Assembly (NCBI GenBank): GCA_039096225.1
Contig: JBBPEB010000023.1
Span: 248,001-312,000, forward strand
Source: Blastocystis sp. Blastoise
Lineage: Eukaryota > Protista > Bigyra: Opalinata
Direction of reading: 5' to 3'
DNA: 64,000 nucleotides
The translations under genes and the position numbers were made by a program. Every line of letters starts with the position of its first letter. Positions within the stretch are counted from its first letter, which is position 1. A model generated the notes under the pieces. The model did no database searches and had not been told where the DNA came from. It saw only the letters and a list, made by a program, of their open reading frames with translations. Positions 15,633 through 29,187 of this stretch are shown piece after piece.

Positions 15633-16061
15633 TATTCTATTTTTATATCTTCATTTATATATAAATTGTTTTACTGGCTATATATATATGTTGTTTTAGT
15701 TGCTTTTTTACTTCTTAATAGTTATTAATAAAATAAGTTGTATTTAGTTGTTTTTATTGTTTTATACAAATCTAATTCCACTAGAGGAGACATTTCGTCC
15801 TAATTAAAAAACATAATAGAATCAGTCTCTATAAGTCTTTTTATTTGTATGAATAACAAATCAATAAATAGAAATAAAACTGAACCACAAATGGTTGAAA
15901 AACGAAGAAGAAGAGTTTGATATGAAACAACAAAAAGATGAATACAAAGTGAAAAAGACATATCAAAATAGTATATAATCAGAACTATTCTAAAACATAG
16001 AAAAGAAGAAATATAAGAATCTAATAGATATATTAAATGATATATATATATATATATATAT

Positions 16062-16434
16062 TTAATGAATAAGTGGTTTAATCATAGGTGGTCGAATATA
16101 GTTTGCCCCATTTCCCCGCGGGGATTGAGGTGTTATTACATGAACAGGTGAAGTAATATTTCGTTGTGGTTGGAGCATCGTCTGATTGGCGGCAACAGGA
16201 GTGGCGGGAACAGACGAAACAGGGGTAGAAGTGAGAGGAGTAGAGGGAACTGCTTTTGGCGTGCTTCGCGTCAATTTCAAAACACGACGATGAGAAAGCT
16301 GCTGCTGCTGTTGAGTTAAAAGAATCTATATATAAAATATAGATATATGTATATATAAGGATATACTTTATTCTTTGCGCAAATTTCTTCTAATTCCATA
16401 TTTTTTTTCTATAAATAAATAAATAAATAAATAA

Positions 16435-16482
<48 letters not shown>

Positions 16483-17273
16483 TAAAATCATCGACAGTAC
16501 CTCGTAATACGGTAACGGTCAAACTAGAATCATCTATATAATAGTATATAATATAATAATAACAATATTATTAATATATACATAGTTGCTTTTTGAGATT
16601 TTCCATTTCTGACTCTAATTCTGGGATTCGACTGTTAACAGTTTCCTTCAATGAATCGATTTGTGTTTCTTTTTGTTGAACCTCCTTCTCCTTTTGTAAT
16701 AATTGTTGTTGGACTGTTTTTAGAGTTTCAAAAGACTTTAAATTCATCTCTCCAATAGTATCTTCCCCCTCATCTCTTTCGTACATTTGACGCACTCTCT
16801 CAGTTTCTTGTTCACTTTCCGTTAGCATCTGTTGTAGATCCTCAATATCCCTCTCTCGATCAGCCAATAATTGTTCCATATTATCTTTTTCTCTTTGAAG
16901 AAGTAACTCATAATACTGTTTATAACGAGTTTGGTACAAATTCTCTTTCTCTTCATCATCTATCAAACAATCTTTCCATTCCTCCATAAGTTTTTGTCTA
17001 ATTTCCATTTCAAATTCTTCCAAATCAACGTTATTTGTGTTCTCATTCACGTGATTTTGTGACTCTTTCAGTTCTTTATCACGTGCTGCCAATTGATCCT
17101 TTAAATCTTTTACTTCATTTAATTGGTCCGTTGAGGGGGTCAGGAGGGATTTCAACGACGGAAGTGTTCCAGCTAATGTACTCATCTATATATATTATAT
17201 ATAATAATAATAATATATAATATATATATATATATATATACAGTTTTATATCTTGATTCTGACCTAGAGTTTG

Positions 17274-17310
<37 letters not shown>

Positions 17311-17442
17311 AATATAAGTATATACTTGGATCGGATGGTATTCAGAATGTAATCCACTGTTTCCCAATGGTCCTTTATATTATCGCTATCCCCGCGAATA
17401 TGTATATATGTAAATACTTGACTATTACGTTCATAGCAACCC

Positions 17443-17511
<69 letters not shown>

Positions 17512-18225
17512 TATATATACATACTTTAAGAACATAGCATAGTTTTCGTATTTTATCAAAATATCGACGTGCACCTCTGTCATAGATCACGTGTATATTC
17601 TGTAGTAGCGAATGCACTCCAGCTGAAACACGTGACTTCGTAGCAATTGATTCGACGAATCGGATCTTACCAAGTATCTCTCTTGTTCCCTTAGAATCAT
17701 GGAATAGTGTTACGATCAGTACGGAACATGAATCCTCACGTGGGACACTAACAATAGCTTTATTGTTATGTTGGCGGGCTTCTCCTTCGCGGGCAAGTTT
17801 TAATCCCTCTTCTACATTATGAATTTCTGTCTCCTAAATGTAGATTATATATATATATAACCAATATATATATACAGTAATTCCTCTAATAATAACGTTC
17901 TTTTCGCGATCGCAGGAGGCGAGGAGGGAATGAGTACTGGTGGAACTGTCTCTATATATATATATATATATACATATAAACACAATATATATATATATAT
18001 AAATAGAGAATATAATACATACGTATTTACGAAAAGATCTCTGATTTTTTCTGTAGCTATATTTAACATAGTTAGACTAATCTTATACTTCATCACATCC
18101 TCATTCTTTTTAACAAACGCAAAAAGATCAGTTAATGCATAATATAACAATCCATGATTTCTATGTTATATATATAATAAGTATATTAAATATATTAAAT
18201 ATATATAAATAAATGAATAAATGAA

Positions 18226-18264
<39 letters not shown>

Positions 18265-18835
18265 AAAAATAAATAAATAAATAAATATAATAAATAAATA
18301 AAACAATAAATAAATAAATAAATAAATAAAAAAATAAAATAAATAAAAAAATAAATCATAAAAAAAATAAAAATAATAATAATAGAAAAAAATACTCTTC
18401 TGTGCCTATCTGTGTTACTGTTTTCTTTGAATCGGTTTCACCTACATTTAATACAAGAATAGGAGTTCCTGAAAATGCTTTTAAAACTGAGGATTTGAGT
18501 GTTGATGAATAAATGTCTTCCTATAGAGTATTAAAGATGAATAAGAATATATAAGAATATAATGAATATAATTATACAATAGTTGATTGTGGTGTAAACA
18601 CTTTTGAGAATGTTTTAGGTCTACATAGTTCACGATCTTTTATATTCTAGAATGAATAATTATTAATTGAGAGAAATCATACAGAGTTATCTTTGGTGAA
18701 ATCAACAGAAACCACAGTATCAGTTTCTATTTTGAATTCATCACTGATTTCGTTAGTTTGAGAGTTTTTTGGCGCAATATTTAAGTATATATTATATGGA
18801 TCCTGATCAATAGTTTTCTCTTCAGTTGAGCTCAT
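16062..18835 (-). CDS. Kinesin-like protein with degenerate motor motifs, coiled-coil stalk and Pro/Ser tail
   Basis: Spliced translation follows kinesin motor order: TFSKVFTPQSTIEDIY, ILVLNVGETDSKKT (P-loop position), GLLYYALTDLF, MLNIATEKIRDLF, VIIRGITETEIHNVEEGLKL, GKIRFVESIATKS; coiled coil in ORF 16571-17185. Confidence 0.85.
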
Positions 18836-19912
18836 GGGTATTGAATAATATGGAACGCTATTTTGAATAGGAGTGTATGTAATACAAATCTGGTTTTTTA
18901 ATAATCACGATTCTAAAGTTTTTTCTCTGTTGTTTTCAAAAATAATTACGGTTTTATTTCATTTGTAGAAAGAAAGCTATTCATTTTTGTTTTATGGACT
19001 ATTTTTTATTTGAAAAAGATAATAATATTAAAATAAATATTTATTTTAGAGTGAAGTGAAGATCTTCTATATGTTTGACAAGCAATGTTGTAAAATACAT
19101 TATTCTTTAGGAGCTCATTTAAAATAAATTGTATTAAAATGGGTATATAATATATAAATAAATTAAAAATTGGAGACATAAAAGAATAATGTCTAAAAAA
19201 AAATAAATAAGCTATCTTTGAAGATTTTTGGAAACTTTTTATCGTTTTTTTATTATTGTTAAATATAAATATCATTTCAAATTGTAGCTTATATACAGTA
19301 TAATACAGTAAAAGTTCGAACTGGAGAATTTGCCGATTTTTAAAACATTTTTGGATGAACACAAAATATATTTAAATAATGAACACTAATAGGCTTATAA
19401 AAGATAATGAGATAAATGGAAATCAATATTTATTTATAAGCTAGATTATAGATAGAACGAATGCTTTTTTAAATGCTTTTATTATATATGTTATATTATA
19501 TTCTCATATATAATCATTTATATATATATATGTTTTATGATATATATGTAAACATAAATCTATATTTTTAGATTATAAATAATAAATGTATATAGAATAT
19601 TCATATATATTCAGAAAGTAATTGAATAGCTTTATTTGAGTATATATGAAATTTTTAGATTTTCTTTATATATTATCATTTATATATATTTTTGTATGTA
19701 TATGTTTTCTCCCAATTTTCAGCAATCGAGAGAATGACTTGATGAATAATATATACATATGTTCTATTGAATATATATGATTATATCGTGATTCAAAATG
19801 TTTATAATTGTTAAATTGAATTAAAACAAAAAACAAAATAAAATATTGATAATGATTCACATGTATATACTTAGAAAAGATATATATATATATATATAAA
19901 GATTGATTTTTC

Positions 19913-20633
19913 TTAAGGTAATACAACACCGACTTCTTCTGATTTGATGGTATTCAATCTCCAGTTATAGAAATAATACTATATATATGTATATATATGA
20001 AGACATAATAAACAAAGAATAGTTATATATATATATATACTTGAAGATGACCATCTCCTTTGTGGAAACGAAGAGGAAGGAAGGCTTCTTCATTCTTCAT
20101 AATATTCAAAGAATTAAAAACATCAGTACCCCCCTATATATACATATATAATAATAATAATATAGTGCTTATATATATATATATAACATAAAATAATATA
20201 GAATAATATATAATAGAATAAACATATAAATAGAATAAATATATAAATAGAATAAATATATACATTTTTAGCAAGTACGAGTGCGTCAGCGAAAAGATCT
20301 GTGACGGGAATGTTGTCAGAGAAATAATAATAAGAGTACGAAGCAATGAATTCCTTATATTTATCATTATGTTGAATAGAAGATTGAATATTGAAGAAAG
20401 AAAAGAAAGAAGTAATTACACCTGAAGTAGCATCCTCTATAACATAACTATCTAAAACTCCTTCACGAGGGAGTAAGAAATGTTTGGCTTCTTCTTCTGT
20501 GAATATAGGGTGAACAGGGAATTGTTCAAGGTATTTATTAAGTTTCTCTGTAATCACGGGAATATCATCTTCAGTCGGACGACGGAGACCCTGAAGTTTG
20601 GGCTTCTAAAAGATATAGAGTTATATATAATAT

Positions 20634-20679
<46 letters not shown>

Positions 20680-21719
20680 TATAATAATAATATATAATAA
20701 TAATAATATACTTGAGGAACTCTACATAATTTAATATATCCCGCCATAGATATTTTAGGAGGGACGCAACTGAATCCGACATATACCATCTTTTTAGCAT
20801 TTAAAATACGATGATAATAACTATATAATAATAAACATAATAATAAACATAATAATAAATATAATAATAATAATAAATATATCTACGTAGTAGTAGCAAA
20901 GGGAGTAGGAATAGTATTTCCAACAGTATAAACAGCCTATAAATTATATATATATATAATGCACTAATACTAGTAAAAAACTGTATTAGAATAAAAATAA
21001 AAATAGATAACTATATAATAATATATACCTGCCATTCATCATTTCTGTGAACACGTCTGGCAATTTCTTTAATAAGAACAGGAGCTAATCTCTTACTACG
21101 AATTCGTTTCTCAACACATAGGAAATTAATCTATTTAGAATGAAAGATAAAATAAATACTTGATAAACATAATAATACATATATAGATAATGGTATGAAT
21201 AAAAGAAAGAGCTGATAAAAACTTAATAAATTTTATTTAGAAATGAATATATACATCAACCATGTTTATGGGTTCTCCTCTAATGGATACAGTAGTAGGA
21301 GTACCCGTGATGAATCCCATTAATTGACCAGTTCTCGTGAGTCGAACACCAAGATGATATTCCTTTTTGTATCCAGGAACACATAAAGCCCATTTTAAGC
21401 AATCAACAGAATATGCAAAACGGAAAACAGAATCAGCATCTTCAACATAATTTTCTTCTAACATCACATAGACATCTTTTGCATAAAGACTATAGTGAAA
21501 AAGGATAAAAAAAACAAAAAATACATCTTTTTCGTCATATAGATCGATTTCAACCCATTCAAAACCATTGGGAAGTTTATAAGGAATAGCTCTTTCAGAT
21601 TCAGGTGTAAAAATAGGATCAATAGGACCTTCCTCAATGTTAGTTTCACCATCTTGAATAACAGGTTGGGTATTCCAAAACTGATGTTCTTTTCCTATGT
21701 TTTGTAAAAATTGTTGCAT
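19913..21719 (-). CDS. NMT: Glycylpeptide N-tetradecanoyltransferase (N-myristoyltransferase)
   Basis: [70 protein letters not shown]-terminus EVGVVLP*. Confidence 0.97.
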
Positions 21720-21902
21720 TTTAAAACAGAATAATAACTCAAAAAAAATGACATGTTTTTCAAGAAATGAAAATGTCAGAGTAAAAAAACTTGATTCTCG
21801 TGGTTATTCAACAGTCTCTTTTTTAACTTTTTATATTTATTTAGGGAACTTATACTTTTTCCTTTGTCAATCTTATTTTATTTGATAGAAAAGATCATCA
21901 TC
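21720..21902. promoter_or_regulatory. Compact divergent (bidirectional) promoter region between NMT and Nup62
   Basis: Head-to-head ATGs at 21719 (-) and 21903 (+), 183 bp apart. Confidence 0.55.
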
Positions 21903-24759
21903 ATGAACCCTAGTATATAAGCATCATTTTATCAACTTCATCTTGCTTTTCATTAAATCCATTACGAAATAATCTCTTTTTTTCTCACTATATTTAATAC
22001 TATACTATTTATATATATAGCAGATAATAATAAAACAAGTCCTTTTGGAACAAGTATGGCTTAGGTTTCAATTATCTTTTATTCTTTTTTCATTCATTTC
22101 GTTGTAAAAAGTATTCTAAACAATCCTATCCTCTAGGCACAAACTTCTCAGGATTTGCGACAAACAAATCTCAAGGTAGTAATATTTTTAATAATTTTTT
22201 TGTTCGATTTTTTTTTTATTATTATTTATCATTATAGATACTAGTGCTTCAACTACTAATACCACACAATCTGGTATGATAATTATTTTTCATTTATTTA
22301 TTTATCTTTATATATAGCTAATACATCTCAATTTACTTCCTCTTTTGGTATTTATTCTAATGTTTTTCATTATTATTTTTATTTTTATATTATATATGTA
22401 TATATATATCTTTTGGTAAATCATCTGGTGGTTTTAACTTTGGTAATACTTCTTCTACTAATACTACTGGATTTGGTAATACTACTGGATTTGGTAATAC
22501 TAATAGTACTGGATTTGGTAATACTACTACTGCTCCTGCATTCAGTAATTCTGTTGGTTCTACTTCTTTTGGATTTGGTACTAAACCTGCTGAAAATAAG
22601 GATTCTACTACTACCACTTCTTCCACTACTACTACTGCTCCTGCATTTGGATTTGGTAATACTACTCCTGCTCCTTCTGCATTTGGAACTAAACCTGCTG
22701 AAAATAAAGATGCTAAAATTACCACTTCTTCCACTACTACTACTTCTTCTTTTGGTTTCGGTAATACTACTAGTACTGGATTTGGTAATACTACTGTTGC
22801 TCCTGCATTTGGTAATTCTACTACTTCCTTTGGTTTTGGCACCAAACCTGCTGAAAACAAGGAATCTACTACCACTTCTGCTACAACTTCTGCTCCTTCT
22901 TTAAGCTTTGGCACTAATACTACTACTACTACTCCTGCTGCTGCTCCTACTACAACTACTACATTTGGTTTTGGTACTAAACCTGCTGAAAACAAGGATT
23001 CTGCTCCTGCATTTGGATTTGGTAATACTACTGCTGCTCCTGCATTTGGTAATTCTACTACTTCTTTTGGTTTTGGCACCAAACCTGCTGAAAACAAAGA
23101 ATCTACTACTACTACTTCTACTACTACTTCTACTCCTTCTTCCTTTGGTTTTGGTGTTAAACCTGCTGAAAATAAAGAATCTACTGTTCCAGATATCTCT
23201 GCCTTTGATTTAAGTAAAACACCATTCGTTCCTGTTTCTAAATCTACTGAGAATAAAGATAAACCTGCTACTACTACTTCTTTTGGATTTGGTACTAAAC
23301 CTGCTGATAGTGCTACTACTGCTACTGCTACTACTGCTACTACTGCTAGTACTACTGCTTCTTTTGGATTTGGTAGTAAGCCTGCTGATAATAATACTTC
23401 TTTTGGATTTGGTACTAAACCTGCTGATAGTGCTACTACTGCTACTGCTACTACTGCTACTACTGCTAGTACTACTGCTTCTTTTGGATTTGGTAGTAAG
23501 CCTGCTGATAATAATACTTCTTTTGGATTTGGTGTTAAATCTGATGATAATAAAGATAAATCTGCTACTACTACTTCTACTACAACTGCTTCCTTTGGAT
23601 TTGGTGCTAAATCTACAGAGAGTACAACTACAACAACTAATACTCCTTTAAGTTTTGGTGCTAAGCCTTCTACTAGTACAACTCCTGCTACTACTACTAC
23701 TGGATTTAGTTTTGGTAGTAAACCTGCTGATAATAAAGATTCTAAAGCTACTACTCCTGCTCCTGCATTTGGATTCGGTAATACTACTACTGCTCCTGCA
23801 TTCGGTAATTCTGTTGGTTCTACTTCTTTTGGATTTGGTACTAAACCTGCTGAAAACAAAGAATCTACTACTACTACTTCTACTCCTGCTCCTTCTTTAA
23901 GCTTTGGTACTAAACCTGCTGATAGTACTACTACTTCTACTACTGCTCCTTTAAGCTTTGGTACTAAACCTGCTGCTACTTCTACTCCTGCTCCTTCTTT
24001 AAGCTTTGGTACTAAGCCTGCTACTACTTCTACTCCTGCTCCTTTAAGCTTTGGTGCTAGTTCAACTGAAAATAAGGATAAATCATCATCATCATCATCT
24101 ACTACTTTTACTACTGCTCCTGCTTTTAGTTTTGGTACTAAATCTGATGACAATAAAGATAAACCTACTACTACTACTGGTGGCTTTACTTTTGGTACTA
24201 ATAATACTACTTCTACTACTACTCCTGTTGCTCCTGCTTTTGGTTTTGGTGCTAAATCTACAGAAAACAAGGATAAGCCTGCTACTAATACTACTTCTAC
24301 TACTGGTTTTGGTGCTACTAATACATCTACATCCTTCGGTATACATGTCCCTACTAACAGTTCTTCTTCTTCTACTTCTACTAATACTACTACAAACAAT
24401 AATGATTCTGTTCCTACTGCTCCTGTTAAACAATATCGTATATATATATATTTCTTTATAATTATTGTTGTATATCTATTTAACTATTTTATAACAATTA
24501 TATAATATACTCAACTAATATAATACTATTATCTTTATATATATATATATATTGTTATATTCTATATTGTATAGAGACTTCAGATCCTTTCTTTTCTGGA
24601 CACACTCTCCAATCCCTCCTTCGCACGTGGGATGACGAGCTCCAAGAAGATATACGTATATGGGAAGAAGAAGCGAAGATAGTTTCTCAAAGAGATAAAG
24701 ATATATATACCTATGCAAATCAAATTCAAGAACTTGCAGATCAACTCTATAGTTTACAA

Positions 24760-24795
<36 letters not shown>

Positions 24796-25028
24796 CTATA
24801 TATTTTATTTTATAAATTCTTATTTCTTTTAAAATAGTTGTTTGTATAACTATATATATGTATAACTATCGCTATAAGTATAAGTATAAGTATAACTATA
24901 TATAACTATATATATGTATAACTATATATATGTATAACTATAACTATAACTATATAGATGAAGCAGAATGATGATGATCGTATGTTGAATAACGTTAAAT
25001 CATATCAGGACGGAATGACTGCCCAACT

Positions 25029-25074
<46 letters not shown>

Positions 25075-25563
25075 TAATAATAAATAACATTTTTATAATA
25101 ATAATAAATAACATTTTTATAATAATAATTATTATTATTACATTATATATATAGATCCTTGAGAAATCTCTAGATTCTTTATTATTTCCCTCCTCTTCCG
25201 AGTCTTCTCTCCCCTCCCAAACGAGTACTGAATATAATGTTCAACGTCAACAATTATATGATTCTGCGAAGAACATTAAGGGGGAATTGGCAGAAATGGA
25301 GGTATATTTAAATGACCTTCTAGAAAAGGTGAAGAAAAATGAAATTAGTCATGTATATATATATATATATATATACATATTTATATTTATTATACTATTT
25401 TTATATATACTAATAATAATAATAATAATAATATATATAGGATGGAAATGATAATACAAATACTATTTTTGAGATTTTAAATCTCCATCAGCAAGTCTTA
25501 AATGAGCTGAATACAAAACATGAACAACTTAAGAAAACTGTGGATAATATTGAATTTAGTTAA
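21903..25563 (+). CDS. NUP62: FG-repeat nucleoporin Nup62/Nsp1
   Basis: Micro-exons MNP|TDNNKTSPFGT|STNFSGFATNKSQ..., a ~2-kb exon of FGFG/FSFG repeats with KPAENK spacers, and an Nsp1_C-like coiled coil TLQSLLRTWDDELQEDIRIWEEEAKIVSQRDKDI...QRQQLYDSAKNI...IFEILNLHQQVL; TAA at 25561-25563. Confidence 0.92.
23276..23530 (+). repeat. Perfect 120-bp (40-codon) tandem duplication within the FG domain
   Basis: 23281-23400 is identical to 23401-23520. Confidence 0.95.
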
Positions 25564-26068
25564 TTTATTATATTTTAGTATATAAGAATTACATTTCATT
25601 TTACTTATTTACTCTTTGTTATATGATTCTTTATGCTGTTTATGATCTATATAATTATATTATAACACTCTTTATAAATAATAAATTTAAAACTATTGAT
25701 ATTTATATTCCATTTTTTATTGTTTTTGTTTTGTCTCTTTTTACATATGAATATTCATTCACTTGTTTTGTTCAATGAAAATCATTTTTATTATAGTCTA
25801 ATTAATAGAAATTATATTTTCATGGCTTTAATGATTTTGTATTTATAAATGGTCAGTAATTGTTTTTATTATTTACTATATAAATACAATAGTACTTATA
25901 GATATTTATTATATCAAACTCACTTTTTTAAACTAAATAATAATTTATGAAAAATGTCAAATCTCCTATAGAATATATATATCGCCTCATAATAATATAT
26001 TATCTATTAAATAGTTCTATGTATTGAATTCAGAATAAAATAAACACTATGGACATTTTTTCAGGTTT

Positions 26069-26280
26069 CTGTCAAAAGGTCCAACGACTTTTTTGTTTTG
26101 GTTTCCCCAGTGGTGAGCAGTGAAAATTTTTAAATATGTAGCTGACAAAAGGTTATTTGATTTTTCTGTTTGGTTTCCCCAGTGGTGGAGCAGTGAAAAA
26201 ATTTTAAAGGGTAGCTGACAAAAGGTCCAACGACTTTTTTGCTTTGGTTTCCCCAGTGGTGAGCAGTGAAATTTTTTGTC
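26069..26280 (+). repeat. Three ~73-bp subterminal direct repeats at the left end of the element
   Basis: Units G(T/A)CAAAAGGT...TTTGGTTTCCCCAGTGGTG(G)AGCAGTGAAA start at about 26071, 26144 and 26217. Confidence 0.92.
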
Positions 26281-26559
26281 AGAGTTTCAGTGATTTTATA
26301 AAATCGAAAAGCAGTGCAAAAGTATGACGCACCTTAAAACAATAATTGGCGAATAAAAATGGTTTTAAATATTCTCTATTTTTTCATTTATTGGCTTTTT
26401 TTATTCTTTTTGTGGTGTAATAATAAACGATATAACAAAACAAACAAATTAAATATTATCAAATAATCATAAAAACAAATAATAGAAAACAATAATAATA
26501 AATATATAAAAAAAAGATAATAAAACATATAATAAATAATATAATAAAATATATATAAT

Positions 26560-27280
26560 ATTTAATTTATAATATTTCAACCAGGACAGTTTCAGTCTCT
26601 AATTTGCATTTAAGCCTAACCAACCTATATAAAGAGATGATATTAGTTAAGTATTACTAATAATAATATATATATAACATTTTAAAATAATAATAAAATA
26701 AAAAATATATACCTTTTCTAATCATTACAAGACAGGCAAGGAATCAAAGACAAAGAACCATCCTATAAAAGATATATGATAAATAGTATAATGAATAAAA
26801 CAATATAATTAAATATATATATATACTTTTTATAAACCATTCTCCAATTGGCCAACAACGACAGCAACAGAACTTATGGAAACCTATATAAAGATAGAGT
26901 GAGTTGTAGAATATAATAATATATGATATAATAAAATAATATAGAATAATAAAATATAAATATATACATTACTCCTATATAAATATAAAGTGGGGTTAGT
27001 TATATAATATGTAATAGATAATATAGATATATATGTACCTTTTATTCATGTTGATTCCCTTCATTCTAGACCCAAGCAGCATAACTATAAAAATAATTAG
27101 AAAAAGAAATATATATATATATACCTATAAGAGAACCATAACCACACACAAGAAGGAGCAGAACACTTAAGGAGACCAGGAATAGCCACAGCAAGAAGCA
27201 GAGACAGCTACTATAGAAAATGAATGAATAGAGTAGAAAAAATAAAATATAAAGAAACAGCAAACACCTACCATCATAAT
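26560..27280 (-). other. Multi-exon spliced unit inside the element with no sustained ORF (decayed gene or lncRNA)
   Basis: About six GC-richer blocks bounded by host-style tatag|...|gtat sites, including a 7-nt micro-exon GAGTAAT near 26968-26974; joined frames hit stops. Confidence 0.5.
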
Positions 27281-29119
27281 AGTATCATATGATATGAAAT
27301 AAAGTAATAATTTAATAATACATCATTATAATGATATAAGATATAATAAAATAAATATGTGATAAGTCATGTAGGATTTTGTTTTGTTATAAAAGGGTGT
27401 AATAGGAATTTAGAAGATATAGCTGAAATAATGAAAATAAACATGAATAATCTCATATCTACTAAATATAGAGAATCTTCATCATAAATAAAATGAATGG
27501 TTAAGAATAAAAGAGAAAGAGAAATTTTATTTCTATGAGGAAAATGGATATTGTTATTGTTATTTTCAATTTATCCTAATTATTATTAATACTATAAAAA
27601 ATGTTTTATTTTAAAGAATTATATATTTATTTATCATTATAATGTTTTATAATTAGTTTAGACGACAGAAGAGTCATTTTTATAGTTAATTATCAAAATT
27701 ATTCTTAGTATCACTTTGTAAGTATAACTTATTTTTTAAATAAACCTAGGCTATAATACAGACTTATAGAGAAGACCCTGAGACTTCTAATCCCAAAACA
27801 AAAGTGATTCATATAATTCAGAATGATTGTCTGAATCTTCATTTAGAGTATTAATTTGAGTCACATACTTTCAATAAAATGATTAAATAAAGAGAAAGAT
27901 GATAAAAAAGGTCTAGAGTCAAAATTGTTATGAAATATCAACTTTTTAATCTATTTGTGTAGATTTTCAATTATTTTAATATCATAATATGACTGAAAAG
28001 AAACAAAAAACATTTTAAAGTCAATTAAGTCAACAATTGTAATCAAGTAAAAGTCTTTTAAAACCTCTTCATAAACTCAAAACGTATAGAGTGAGTGTTT
28101 TCCAGTTAAAATAATGTTTATTGTTACAATAATATCAAAAACAAATCAAATTATTATTTTATAATTACTCAAGAACAACTTTTTCTATCAACTAAGGACT
28201 CATAGCTATCAAATATGCATATGAATAAGCAAAAATAATATTTTGTATATTTTTAATTGAAAAGTCAGAATCGTGTTGATAGTTTACTATAAAACAAATG
28301 CAAAAATCACTTTTTTATCAAAAAAATGTTTAATCTCATTAATCGTTATATTCATGATTTATTCATTGTCTACTTACCGTGTTTAATCATCTTCAGTGAT
28401 TTTTAGTGAAACTAAAATTATTTCAAATACATATTTTATTTTCAATAATAACAGAAACGTCTCATATTGCATATTTAGTGTCTAAATGAAGTTTAAACAT
28501 GACAGTGATATCAATTAATCAAAAATTATAAAATATAAAGAATCTCCATTTTTATGACTTGTCTTAAATCATGTTAAGAGTAAATGAATGAATAGTTTCA
28601 TTAGTCATCTGTATGATTTTAGTATTATTTTCAAAATATTTTGTTTTTTAACAAGAATAAATTCTTAATTTATTGTTTATCAAGTCAAAAATGTATTTAA
28701 ATGATTTTTTTCTACTGTACAAGGATACACTGATCATATGAAAAAAAAATTGCACAGAATCTTTTGATAATCTATTTTTGAAAAATGAGAATTATTTTTT
28801 GGAACTAAACTAATATTTTACGTATAAACATTATAAAATCTCCTGAACAATCTTTTGAGAAGATTCTGTGTTCGACAATACACTTAATTAAGTAATTGAT
28901 AATTGTTGGAATATTTTTGTATTGAATAAACTGTTTTGAATGTTTCTATGAATCATCTATATACAACTAATACATTTAATGATTAAATAAATACACATAT
29001 AAAGAAAAAAATAGTAATTAACATAATTGATCTTCACCTCTCTGAATATATATTTTTTGAAAATCTTATACAATATGAATATTAAAACCTATATATACAT
29101 AAAATAGTTATATAAACGA

Positions 29120-29187
29120 CCTTAAGACAGGAATTGAACCTGTTTTCAATCATAAATTGATTGAAACTTACCAATTTAAGCTTAAGG
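29120..29187 (-). ncRNA. tRNA-like cloverleaf RNA or tRNA-derived element (not a canonical tRNA)
   Basis: Minus strand CCTTAAG-CTTA AATTGG TAAG-TTTCAATCA ATTTA TGATTGAAA-ACAGG TTCAATT CCTGT-CTTAAGG: 7-bp acceptor-like stem, D-like arm with GG, 9-bp arm, canonical T arm with B box GGTTCAATTCC; a T-run follows shortly downstream. Confidence 0.7.

Noticed and set aside
22390-24399. 669-aa minus-strand ORF and overlapping Leu-rich ORFs
   Set aside because: Antisense and off-frame shadows of the Nup62 FG-repeat exon, caused by its codon bias.
26045-26059. Transib/RAG-like assignment (CACTATG resembles Transib termini and the RSS heptamer)
   Set aside because: Transib makes 5-bp TSDs and the 5-bp flanks differ (ATAAA vs AAATA); a 3-bp match fits CACTA better, though A-rich flanks leave some ambiguity.
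26069-26280. CRISPR-like repeat array
   Set aside because: Units are full tandem repeats without unique spacers, in a eukaryotic context with no cas genes; better explained as subterminal repeats.
29120-29187. Functional Lys(TTT) or ochre-suppressor (TTA) tRNA and stop-codon reassignment
   Set aside because: Anticodon-loop geometry is non-canonical, and conserved genes here end at TAA with no in-frame TAA in their exons.
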